Origin: Candidatus Thorarchaeota archaeon
GTDB lineage: Archaea > Asgardarchaeota > Thorarchaeia > Thorarchaeales > Thorarchaeaceae
DNA: 64,000 bases
NCBI GenBank assembly: GCA_016933575.1
Contig: JAFGAR010000064.1
Location: forward strand, 96,001-160,000
Reading direction: 5' to 3'
The position numbers and the translations under genes are program-made. The notes beneath the pieces are model-generated. The model saw only the letters and a program-made list of their open reading frames with translations, searched no databases and was not told the DNA's origin. Below are positions 55,347 through 64,000 of this stretch, piece after piece (position 1 is the stretch's first letter; the number at the start of each line of letters is the position of its first letter).

Positions 55347-56984
55347 TTATGCTTCTATGTACAATAACCAATGACGCCAGTTGACTGTAATATCAAGGAC
55401 TACGCCCTTAATATGGAGACCAGTAACTGCTACAGTGTTACTTTGCCATAGAGGTACTACAGAACACTCCAGTGCCTGTAAGTCTTGTAGGTCTTCATAG
55501 GCTGCCTGTCGCAGGGGGTCGGTTGTAGCGCTGCGACCTGCTACCCATAGGTCATATTGGTCAATACCACCTTGTGGATATGTACTGTTGTAGCCTAGAT
55601 TCAGCCAAGAGGCAAAAGGCAAGAATCCGTAGTTATCAGGATCGATAAAGTCTGGATACCATCCATAGAGGAAGACATCCATTGTTCCATCGTTCCTTGC
55701 GAGTCTGTAGCTTGGCCAATCAAGACCTGTAAGAGTGACATCAATGACTCCACTGTCTTCCCAGTCTTGTTGATAGACAAGTGCCTGTTGCTGACTCTGT
55801 GGATAGTGACCTGAGCTCTCATAATAGAGGTGTAGTGGTAATTTGTGCGTTGTGTTGTACCCAAATGGTGCCAGAAGTGCTACGACCTTCGTGTAGTTAG
55901 CATCACCCCAGATATTGAATGCCTCTGTATGATAAGCCATTCCTTCAGGTATCATACTGTATAGTGGTTCAAATGTTCCAAGAAAGACTGACTCAACGAC
56001 GTGTGTTCTGTTGATACCTGCAGTGACTGCTTGCCTCACTTCTGTTTCATTATATGGATAGATATTCTGTTGGAAACAGAGGTACTGAATCTGTGCACCA
56101 ATACCTTCCCAGACTTTGACATTTGTGTTTGTCTTGAAAGTATTGATCTGTTCTGCAGTCAGTTGTCTGTAAGCAACATCGATTTCACCTGATGTCATTG
56201 CTGATGCCAGTGCAGTATCACTAGCATACATCTTGATGATGATTTTATCCGTCTTTGGATATCCTGCCGCAGCATTCCAATAGTTTGGATTCTTCACCAG
56301 TGTGATATGGTCATCGCTTCCACCTATTCTAACCCATTCTTCAAGTAGATAGGGTCCTAGACCACAAGGAGTCTGACCCGCATCATCATATCCAACAAGT
56401 TCATCCATAGGTGCAACAGCCCTATCTACAATGTAAGAAGCTGCGCATGACATGAGTTGTAGGAATGGTGCAAATGCAATCTTCAAGTAGAACCGAACAA
56501 CGAACTCACTCATGACTGTGACGTTGTCAATAATTGCATCATATTCCATATTGAGTTGAGGGCCATCTCCCTCGAAGAGACCTACTCCTGTTAGATTACA
56601 ATTCCTATCAAATGAATATTTGACATCGGTAGCATTGAATTCTCGACCATCTGGGTAGGTCACATTTTGTCTCAAGGTGAAATCCCAAATCGTACCCCCT
56701 GCTGATGCCTCCCATTCGGTAGCCAATGCAGGTTGTATATCATCCGCCCCGGCCTCTGACCCGGGTTCTATTTCCACCAAGCCTGAACTCAGTGAAATTA
56801 TCATCTCCCATCCAAAGTAGTCATATGCCTGAGCCATATCTATGCTAGATTCAACAGAATCCGTAGTGCCGACTACAATGGTGGGCACACCTGGACCCGG
56901 TGGGAACATAACTAGATATACGCCGGCGGCGCCGACTACAATGATGGCGATGACAGCTATCGCGATAACTTGATTTCGCTCCAT
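55347..56984 (-). CDS. dppA: Peptide ABC transporter substrate-binding protein, N-terminal membrane anchor
   Basis: PALATEW, FTLRQNVTYPDGREFNATDVKYSF, GLGPY, GWYPDFIDPDN. Confidence 0.92.
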   Translation of the reverse strand: MERNQVIAIAVIAIIVVGAAGVYLVMFPPGPGVPTIVVGTTDSVESSIDMAQAYDYFGWEMIISLSSGLVEIEPGSEAGADDIQPALATEWEASAGGTIWDFTLRQNVTYPDGREFNATDVKYSFDRNCNLTGVGLFEGDGPQLNMEYDAIIDNVTVMSEFVVRFYLKIAFAPFLQLMSCAASYIVDRAVAPMDELVGYDDAGQTPCGLGPYLLEEWVRIGGSDDHITLVKNPNYWNAAAGYPKTDKIIIKMYASDTALASAMTSGEIDVAYRQLTAEQINTFKTNTNVKVWEGIGAQIQYLCFQQNIYPYNETEVRQAVTAGINRTHVVESVFLGTFEPLYSMIPEGMAYHTEAFNIWGDANYTKVVALLAPFGYNTTHKLPLHLYYESSGHYPQSQQQALVYQQDWEDSGVIDVTLTGLDWPSYRLARNDGTMDVFLYGWYPDFIDPDNYGFLPFASWLNLGYNSTYPQGGIDQYDLWVAGRSATTDPLRQAAYEDLQDLQALECSVVPLWQSNTVAVTGLHIKGVVLDITVNWRHWLLYIEA

Positions 56985-57114
56985 CGTATATTTTCCTCCT
57001 CTCCGACCAAGCGAATTAGACGCTAGTGGAAGAGCACTCTAATAATACATTACCAGCTATATAAACTAGAACTTCTACGTGAATGATGCCATTGTTATCA
57101 GAACTATTGACTAG

Positions 57115-57148
57115 AAAAAAAAAAGACTATGGGTCATAACCCATAGTC
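57115..57148 (-). terminator. Hairpin + U10 terminator
   Basis: GACTATGGGT-cata-ACCCATAGTC with A10 on the + strand. Confidence 0.7.
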
Positions 57149-57171
57149 AGCAGCTATCTCTACTATCTCAT

Positions 57172-58581
57172 TCACGCAAAGAAACTGTATGAACACTGAT
57201 TACAGACTTTTGGATTCTGTACATATGTACCAGTGGTTGGTAACTGCCCCTTGGCATAGAGGTATGCATTATATGCGGAATACCCCGATGAAACCGCGTT
57301 GAAGAAGTAGTTAGCAAACCTCTCTTCACCAGGTAGTGCACCTACAGACCAAGAGCTGTGAGACTCATCAGATGAAGATGCAGCAAAATAGCCTCCACCT
57401 AACATGTCATCTGCCCAATCTCCCGAGTAGCAGGAGGAAATAACCAATCCCACCTTTGAACTATCTAAGGTGTCGCAGTATGACCTGAAAGTGTTTGAAT
57501 AGACGACGCTATAACCACCTGTTCTAAAAGCTGTTAGAGAGTGCGAGCCATCGTTGTTTCCATGACCGAATAGGTAGAAGAACACAATATCGTCAGAGTC
57601 TTCGTACGAAGCAACTTGTTGAAAGTCACTGTAGAAGTTTGTTGTATCTCTAAATTCAAAGAATTTTGTGTAGCCTTCATTTTGTAACACTGTTTTGTAT
57701 TCATTGATCACCGTTTGAGTGCCAGCATCACTAGCCCAGAAGAAAACACCGATCTTCTCAGCTTCGCCGCCACCTCCACCACCATAAGTGATGGTCACAG
57801 TGAGAGCATAGGAGCCAGAACCACTGTATGAACGGACCATGATGTACCATGTTCCTGCTCCGGGTGAACTGAAGGAAACCTCTTCACCACCACTGGTGTA
57901 TCCTCTCCAGTCATAGGTGGAAGTTGTAGGTGCTGCACCTAGTCTTCCGTAGAGATCAAAATCTGCGGAACCGCAAGTTAGGACTGAATACATGTTTGTA
58001 GCATCAGCTGCGACTTGGATTGTCCACATCTCTGTGGCACCGGTAGCAGATAATGAGCTCGTTGCTGTGACACCATTCTGTAGAACATTATCACCACCAC
58101 CGCCACCACCACCTTCATACTCGATTTGGTCAATGGCAAAGCCCCAATCTGTCACCGAATAATCGGTGTCAAGTCTGACCTTGATTGTTTCACCATAGCT
58201 CCAAGCACTCCATCCACCAGATGAGTAGAGCCCAGACAGTTTGTGAAGTTGTGCATTGGCATAGTTATAGACATATACAAAATCATAGTTCCTCTCAGTA
58301 TCTATCTTGGTGAAATGGACTCTGATCTGAGTGGCACCTGACTTTGTTATGGTCCAGGTATAGTCGAAGTTATTGGTGTATGGATGAGCTGACTGAACAA
58401 CATAGCTTTCTGTAGTGAACGCATCAATTCCAAACATAGTACTTTGTTCATTCCAAGTATCCAATGCTAGGTTCGTCGAACCTGTATCCATTGCAGATAC
58501 CGGCATGACCCCAATGACTGAGACGGTCATTGCTAGCATTGATAATAGAATGAGTATAGAGAGTGTTCTCACTCGTTTCAT
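57172..58581 (-). CDS. Secreted CUB-PPC-clan CD (caspase/legumain-like) cysteine protease
   Basis: Signal peptide; CUB (HPYTNN..YTWTI..IRVHF...E..YDFVYVY...D.SVT..GF); poly-Gly linker; PPC (DFDLY.R.GAAPT..YD..GTWYIMV); poly-Gly linker; FFYLFGHG...ISSCYSG His-Cys dyad. Confidence 0.8.
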   Translation of the reverse strand: MKRVRTLSILILLSMLAMTVSVIGVMPVSAMDTGSTNLALDTWNEQSTMFGIDAFTTESYVVQSAHPYTNNFDYTWTITKSGATQIRVHFTKIDTERNYDFVYVYNYANAQLHKLSGLYSSGGWSAWSYGETIKVRLDTDYSVTDWGFAIDQIEYEGGGGGGGDNVLQNGVTATSSLSATGATEMWTIQVAADATNMYSVLTCGSADFDLYGRLGAAPTTSTYDWRGYTSGGEEVSFSSPGAGTWYIMVRSYSGSGSYALTVTITYGGGGGGEAEKIGVFFWASDAGTQTVINEYKTVLQNEGYTKFFEFRDTTNFYSDFQQVASYEDSDDIVFFYLFGHGNNDGSHSLTAFRTGGYSVVYSNTFRSYCDTLDSSKVGLVISSCYSGDWADDMLGGGYFAASSSDESHSSWSVGALPGEERFANYFFNAVSSGYSAYNAYLYAKGQLPTTGTYVQNPKVCNQCSYSFFA

Positions 58582-58791
58582 ATTTCTTTCCCCACACGAA
58601 CCAACTTTCCCTTGATTCGGTAGTGGTAAAAAAGTAAAAGCTACATTTATATATTATTATATTTTTTACCAGACCCCTCAGAAGATATGCTCGTGGGATT
58701 CTTGAACAAGCTGAACCATTTTCGGGCAAGTGATTGTGTCTTCTTCTCAAACATATGGACTACATACTAAATTCAGATACAGCTGGAATAT

Positions 58792-58822
58792 AGTAGAGGG
58801 GTACTATTGTTTCCCCTCTACT
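58792..58822 (-). terminator. Hairpin downstream of the giant surface-protein gene
   Basis: AGTAGAGGGG/CCCCTCTACT 10-bp stem. Confidence 0.5.
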
Positions 58823-58858
58823 TCTGACCTAGGCTGGTTGAGTTTAGCAGCAACCAAC

Positions 58859-61800
58859 CTACATTCTAAGATGTTCCTTTATCTCCTTTCTACGCCAGAA
58901 GAGGACTCCTAGACCAATAATGGCTGGAACCACTGCTAGCAATGTTCCAGTTACTATTGTATAGAATCCAGCCAAGTTCGCAGTTGCTGGCAAAGGTAAG
59001 AGTGGAGGACTCACTGCACCATTTGTGATACAATAGATAATTGAGTCAGCAAACACCATGAGATCAAGAGGTCCTGTGTCATCGAAGTTACCAATCCTAA
59101 CATATGATACTCCTGTCCCAGTATCATAGGCTGCTAGTACTGCGTTTGTTCCTGTGTTCACCACGACTACCTTATCATGAACAAGCATTGTCATGTCCAT
59201 GACTCCGTTGCCATCTATATCGTAGAATTGGATTTGTTTGGCCATCGAAGTCTGTGCAACATACGCCCAGACACCAGTAAGCGATGAACCCAAGTACACA
59301 CCTATTCCAACTTCGCGGAAGTTAACAGCGATCTCGTCATTACCTACCATGTCTAGATTGACTGTTGTAACACTATCGACAGTTGCACTCGATCCCGCAG
59401 CCCAAAGTATTCCCAACCATGGCTCCCAAGACCAGACTACACCATTACTGAATGCAGTAACGTAGTCATCTCTTCCTGCTCCATTATAGTTCCCTGTGTC
59501 TATATCATTGATGAAGACTCCCGCTGAATATGTGAATGACCAGTTGTAGGTACCATCTCCTTCCCAGATCCAATGGCTTCCTGCATTCCCGCCTGATATA
59601 CCCACCACCGTGATATCGTCTCTTCCTCCTACAGGTCCCGCAAAGTCGCCTACGAGAGCTTCGGTAGGCCAGAGATTCGGAGCATCTACACTGGATGATG
59701 TGTAGAGATTTCCATTCCTGTCGTAGAACTCAATCCATGTGTAATTTGTATTGGTAGTCAAGACGAGGGCATATTCCATACCTGTAGATCCAAGGTTGAA
59801 ATCGCCTACAGCTATCAATCTAATCTCCGTTGAGTCATCTGGGGGAGCTTCATCAATTCCACTCAAGAGACTTCCATCCACACCATTGAGACCAAAGACC
59901 TTCGTAAGGCCGCCTTGTCGTGCGAGCAAAAGGAAGTCTCGTGTGCCATCGTTATTGAAGTCTGCAAAGCGCACATCTTCCACAACAAACGTGAGATTGA
60001 CTGACCATATCAAGGCTGGATATATAGGATCGAATAGTTGGACAATTCCATTTTCATTGCTCACCAAATACTCAGATACTGCATCGTTATCGTAGTCTTC
60101 TGTCCAGATACCTGTAACAGATGTTCCACTCACGGATTGATTCCAATAGAGTGACCAGTATTCGAAAGCAACCGGAGGTACAGGTACCCACGGTTTAATT
60201 GCTGTCACAGCGCGGACTTCTCCAGTTGAATCATCCGAACCAGCGAGATCGTCCACTCCATCACCATTGAAATCTCCCACAGCCATCTCATTGTACTCAA
60301 AGGATGACCAGTAGTCAAAGAAGACTGGCACACCTGTCAAGGCATCAATAGCCACGAGCCATCCATCGTCTGTAGCAATTCCCACTCCTAGTCGACCATC
60401 AACGAAGTTTCCTAGCATTGCATCAAGGATGTCTTCCGTTTCTGGTTCATAGCTCCAGACACAACGACCTGAGGTCATCTCTTCATAGTAGACACCATTT
60501 TTGGTCACAAAGAGAGCTTCGTATTGAGAGTCATCATCGAAATCTTCGACCCATAACCAAAGCATATCATCCGGTGGAAGGAATGTTGAATTGTAGATGA
60601 TTGATTTGTTATAGGGATCCACAGCCCACAGATGCTCATCACCCGTGATGACATCGTCAATACCATCACCATTTAGATCTGCAACTGCAGGGATGACCAA
60701 ATCATTACCCATGTGGGTGTGTTGACTATAGAAGACGGTGCCATTATTCCCATAGAGGAATGACAATGAGCCATTGCTATGGCCAATGACCACGTCAAGA
60801 TGATCTCTGCCAGTGAAGTTGCCGACAGTTATCGAACCAACACCGACAGTCACATTCCAAATGACAGTTCCTGTCACCGATAGTGCAAGGACTTGATTAA
60901 AGATGTTCGTGACCACAACCTCAACATCAGATGTCCCTTGGATATCACCAATAGCAACAGCACCAACCCACGTTGAAGCAACTTGGACATGAGCACTGGT
61001 GACTCCATCTACGCCCCGTATTATGGTCAGGTTACCATCCCAACGCATAACTGCGACGTATGGCGATCCTGCAGGAGTAAGATTTGCTACAACCAACCAG
61101 AATGGAGCGCCTGTAAAGTCTATATTTGCCCATAGGGTCGTTCCATCATCATCGATTGCGCGAATTGTTCCTCCGGTCTCTCCTCTGATTATCTCATCCT
61201 TTCCATCACCATCAAGGTCAAAGACAACAATGCCATGAGAATGACCGAATGGCTCACCTACAGGATTGCCCAAATCAGTTGACCAGAGTACTTCACTGTA
61301 CATCAGATCTATCTTGTCTGTCCCAGTATCCTCAATCTCAAATACAAAGACTTCTCCACGTTCACAGGAGACTGCTATCTCTTCGAATCCGTTACCATTT
61401 GAGTCATAGACACTGACTCCTGTGACATCATATGGGAATTTGTTCGATAGCCAAGCTTCCTCGTGTTCCATGATCTCTGCTCCTACATTGGAGTGTGTTA
61501 GTTCATAGACACCAACTCGATCATCAAAGCCTGCAATGACCTCACGTCTTGCATCACCATCAGTATCGCCTACATTGAGTTCCACTACACTTCTGATGTT
61601 GAAGTGAGTAAATCTCGAGGATGGGTTGATTCCATAGAGGAGATCTGCATTCTCATCATACTTCATGATATCATAGATGGATCCGTCTCGGATTGTTGCT
61701 GGTGAGAGCGGAGTACCAGGTCTTGAGAAGAAGTCGAAGGTGTGTGTTTGCATGAAACCACCGCCTCTCAAACCTACAACACTTGGACATAGAGCAATCG

Positions 61801-64000
61801 GAGCTATAGCCTTTATTGTCTGATTATACCAGTATTCCACCTGACCGCCACCCTTCTCAACACGTAGCATTGTTGGCGGAAATGTTGCTAATGGTTCATG
61901 TTGAACCCATTTCATGTATGAATTACTGTAGCTCATCTGGATCTGATCTTCCACGGGTGACTCTACAGATTCATAGACAACCATCAGACTTCTCTCTGGT
62001 GCGTCAAGAATACCAAGATCTGGATTGACCTCATTGTTGTAAGATGATGTTGCCTGATACATTGGACTATTGGTCCAGATGAAGGAGCTATTGGATATAG
62101 CTACAAAGATATCCAGGTCCGTCTTAGCGAGTGTGCCATTCCTTCCAGAAATGGCTAGTGCATATCCTCCACCCGGCATTGTACTTGAGGAGGGGATGTT
62201 GATGATATCACAAGACTGGACATAGTAGCTATTAGAATTCTTGAATGGCACTGCGAATCCTGTTACTCCCCACGTACCCCATGCTGATGAAGTCCTGTAA
62301 TAAGCCCGATGAACTGTATCTAGCATGTAGACACAACCCAGTGAGGTTCCTATACTGTATATCGATGGATAGTTACGATGTAGAGAGCTAGATGAAATTC
62401 TTACCGGAGTAGACCATGCAGCTCCACCTGATGATTTTGTTATCCAGAAATCGTAGTAGGTAACAGCAGAAACTGATATACAGGATTTCCATGTCAAGTA
62501 TATTGTACCATTATTGTGCAGGAAAAGTGATGGTTGAGCTTCGTAGATTACTGATCCTCCACCGTATCCAGGATAATCGCCTTGGACGACAAGACCGTAA
62601 ATGGACCATGTATCTGTTGGAGTATAATAGAGCTTGTAGTAGAGTCTATCAGCTTGACAGAATGCCATGATCATATCGTCGTTTAAATGACAGAAATATG
62701 AGATGTCATTATCACCCCTTGTACTCAAGGAGTATAGCTCAGTTCCCTGAAATCGTGTTGTTTCGAGTGGCACAATTGGATAGTTAGGTGATGAAGTCAC
62801 AATGTCTACTTTATTGTAGTCGTTATCAGTACCAGTCCACTCCCAGATGTCAAAGCCCTTGGTGTGACCAATGATGAGCTCCTGTTTGGAGTCATAGTCT
62901 TGGTCGTCTGTGACAATACTTGTTATTGCGTTCCACTTGGTGACCTCTGATGGGGCCGCCCAGACTCTTATGAAACTGGCACCTGTCCACTCATAGATGT
63001 TAAGGAAGCCATCCTGTCGCATCTGGGTTGTGTTGACTTTTCCTCCAATGATAACTTCACGGAATCCATCTTCATCAAGGTCCGCAAATGCCATTGTCTG
63101 AATCCATGCTTTCTCAAACTGTTCCTGAGCGCCATTGCCGATGAGATAGAACCGTCCCTCAGGAGTACCGCTGTTCATGAAGTACTCATGGTCTGCAGTC
63201 CAAGTGTTGAAGGGTATGTTGTAGATAAAGAGGAACGGACCCACTGCAACAACCAGCTCATTCTGGTCATTGAGGTCTATATCGTGTCCTTCTCCAATCG
63301 CAGTCACCTCTGTGACATGTTCCCAATCATCAGCATCTACATACGGATTATCGCGTAAATCTAGTACAAAGGCGAGACGATAGGTATCATCAATTCCAGT
63401 ATCTTCAAACACATAAACCTGTAGACCTGCTGCTGCAACCAGCTCGCTTAGACCATCTCCATCAAGGTCACTTCCAGCAACAATGAGGGAGACATGGTCC
63501 CAGATCACACGACTAAAGTTCCCTGAGATCCCCTCCAGTTCTTCCCACATGTAAGGACTACTGTCACTCACTTCTGTGTGATTGATGTCAAAAGACCTCA
63601 GTGCACGTTTGTAGGTGTTGTTCAACATGTGCTCAAAGATGTAGATATTATTGTCATAGTCACCTACAATGACCTCTCCTTTTCCATCGCCATCCACATC
63701 ACCGGTCTTGACAGTGAGTGTCCAGTCTTCGAGGTCCGCCTCAGTATTCCACGACTCCATGATGTGATATCCGAAGTTGTTCCCACCTTCTGTCTGGATT
63801 GCAAACTCGTAACGGCTAACAGTGGGGTAGGTCGCAACAATATAGCTACTCGATTGAGTATACACTGGCCAGAAGATACCAAGATAGTTTGTATCCGTCT
63901 TAAATGCCATCATTGAATATTCTGTCTGCTGGAAAGTTGTCATCTCTGAGTTGAAGTCATACCACCAGTCTTGCATCAATCCCCAACCAAGCGGAGCCAT
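58859..64000 (-). CDS. Giant FG-GAP/VCBS-repeat cell-surface protein, C-terminal TM anchor (likely 5'-truncated by the window edge)
   Basis: Frame open for 1713 aa to the window edge; many D-x-D-x-D-G repeats (GDVDGDGKGEV, DLDGDGLSEL, ADLNGDGIDDV, GDFNGDGVDDL, YDIDGNGVMD); C-terminal TM followed by WRRK. Confidence 0.88.
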   Translation of the reverse strand: MAPLGWGLMQDWWYDFNSEMTTFQQTEYSMMAFKTDTNYLGIFWPVYTQSSSYIVATYPTVSRYEFAIQTEGGNNFGYHIMESWNTEADLEDWTLTVKTGDVDGDGKGEVIVGDYDNNIYIFEHMLNNTYKRALRSFDINHTEVSDSSPYMWEELEGISGNFSRVIWDHVSLIVAGSDLDGDGLSELVAAAGLQVYVFEDTGIDDTYRLAFVLDLRDNPYVDADDWEHVTEVTAIGEGHDIDLNDQNELVVAVGPFLFIYNIPFNTWTADHEYFMNSGTPEGRFYLIGNGAQEQFEKAWIQTMAFADLDEDGFREVIIGGKVNTTQMRQDGFLNIYEWTGASFIRVWAAPSEVTKWNAITSIVTDDQDYDSKQELIIGHTKGFDIWEWTGTDNDYNKVDIVTSSPNYPIVPLETTRFQGTELYSLSTRGDNDISYFCHLNDDMIMAFCQADRLYYKLYYTPTDTWSIYGLVVQGDYPGYGGGSVIYEAQPSLFLHNNGTIYLTWKSCISVSAVTYYDFWITKSSGGAAWSTPVRISSSSLHRNYPSIYSIGTSLGCVYMLDTVHRAYYRTSSAWGTWGVTGFAVPFKNSNSYYVQSCDIINIPSSSTMPGGGYALAISGRNGTLAKTDLDIFVAISNSSFIWTNSPMYQATSSYNNEVNPDLGILDAPERSLMVVYESVESPVEDQIQMSYSNSYMKWVQHEPLATFPPTMLRVEKGGGQVEYWYNQTIKAIAPIALCPSVVGLRGGGFMQTHTFDFFSRPGTPLSPATIRDGSIYDIMKYDENADLLYGINPSSRFTHFNIRSVVELNVGDTDGDARREVIAGFDDRVGVYELTHSNVGAEIMEHEEAWLSNKFPYDVTGVSVYDSNGNGFEEIAVSCERGEVFVFEIEDTGTDKIDLMYSEVLWSTDLGNPVGEPFGHSHGIVVFDLDGDGKDEIIRGETGGTIRAIDDDGTTLWANIDFTGAPFWLVVANLTPAGSPYVAVMRWDGNLTIIRGVDGVTSAHVQVASTWVGAVAIGDIQGTSDVEVVVTNIFNQVLALSVTGTVIWNVTVGVGSITVGNFTGRDHLDVVIGHSNGSLSFLYGNNGTVFYSQHTHMGNDLVIPAVADLNGDGIDDVITGDEHLWAVDPYNKSIIYNSTFLPPDDMLWLWVEDFDDDSQYEALFVTKNGVYYEEMTSGRCVWSYEPETEDILDAMLGNFVDGRLGVGIATDDGWLVAIDALTGVPVFFDYWSSFEYNEMAVGDFNGDGVDDLAGSDDSTGEVRAVTAIKPWVPVPPVAFEYWSLYWNQSVSGTSVTGIWTEDYDNDAVSEYLVSNENGIVQLFDPIYPALIWSVNLTFVVEDVRFADFNNDGTRDFLLLARQGGLTKVFGLNGVDGSLLSGIDEAPPDDSTEIRLIAVGDFNLGSTGMEYALVLTTNTNYTWIEFYDRNGNLYTSSSVDAPNLWPTEALVGDFAGPVGGRDDITVVGISGGNAGSHWIWEGDGTYNWSFTYSAGVFINDIDTGNYNGAGRDDYVTAFSNGVVWSWEPWLGILWAAGSSATVDSVTTVNLDMVGNDEIAVNFREVGIGVYLGSSLTGVWAYVAQTSMAKQIQFYDIDGNGVMDMTMLVHDKVVVVNTGTNAVLAAYDTGTGVSYVRIGNFDDTGPLDLMVFADSIIYCITNGAVSPPLLPLPATANLAGFYTIVTGTLLAVVPAIIGLGVLFWRRKEIKEHLRM

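Noticed and set aside
57765-58113. CCA/CCG trinucleotide runs as tandem repeats or contingency loci
   Set aside because: They are in-frame poly-Gly linkers with mixed codons between protein domains.
59238-63916. Antisense and alternate-frame ORFs of 60-130 aa here and throughout the ORF track
   Set aside because: They lie within well-supported genes, lack motifs and SD sites, and are expected shadows of codon bias.
1-64000. CRISPR array, IS/transposase, integrase, prophage, rRNA or tRNA
   Set aside because: No regularly spaced repeats, terminal inverted repeats, recombinase motifs or RNA-gene signatures were seen by eye.

Overview
Gene-dense archaeal-type window. It has TATA-like promoters, GGAGG/GGTGA Shine-Dalgarno (SD) sites, and membrane-anchored DppA proteins; the gene content resembles Asgard archaea (Thorarchaeia), which is an inference and not a search result. 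It is dominated by peptide/amide scavenging: three Dpp/Opp ABC systems (one split from its binding protein), two extra orphan DppD-like ATPases, two Ntn-hydrolases, an M20 peptidase, an amidohydrolase and a secreted CUB-PPC-caspase-like protease. It also carries two atypical carbamoyltransferases, a macro/pseudo-macro/NUDIX cluster, FprA plus rubrerythrin, a class I GAPDH, a divergent citrate synthase, tandem DUF4139 genes, an orphan histidine kinase, a GOLD/p24-like membrane protein, and the 3' part of a giant FG-GAP surface protein. I found no rRNA, tRNA, CRISPR or IS element. The strongest unexplained signal is a conserved ~88-aa two-helix membrane module (PWYK..W..R ... FILNEVTGP.VM ... 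FFIGL...FI.KAF + acidic tail). It occurs three times: standalone, fused to a DUF5658-like protein, and fused to an acyltransferase-3. Two copies lie next to the orphan DppA and one next to a motif-degenerate orphan ABC ATPase. Several structured 5' leaders that could occlude SD sites, and hairpin+U-tract terminators, are also visible.
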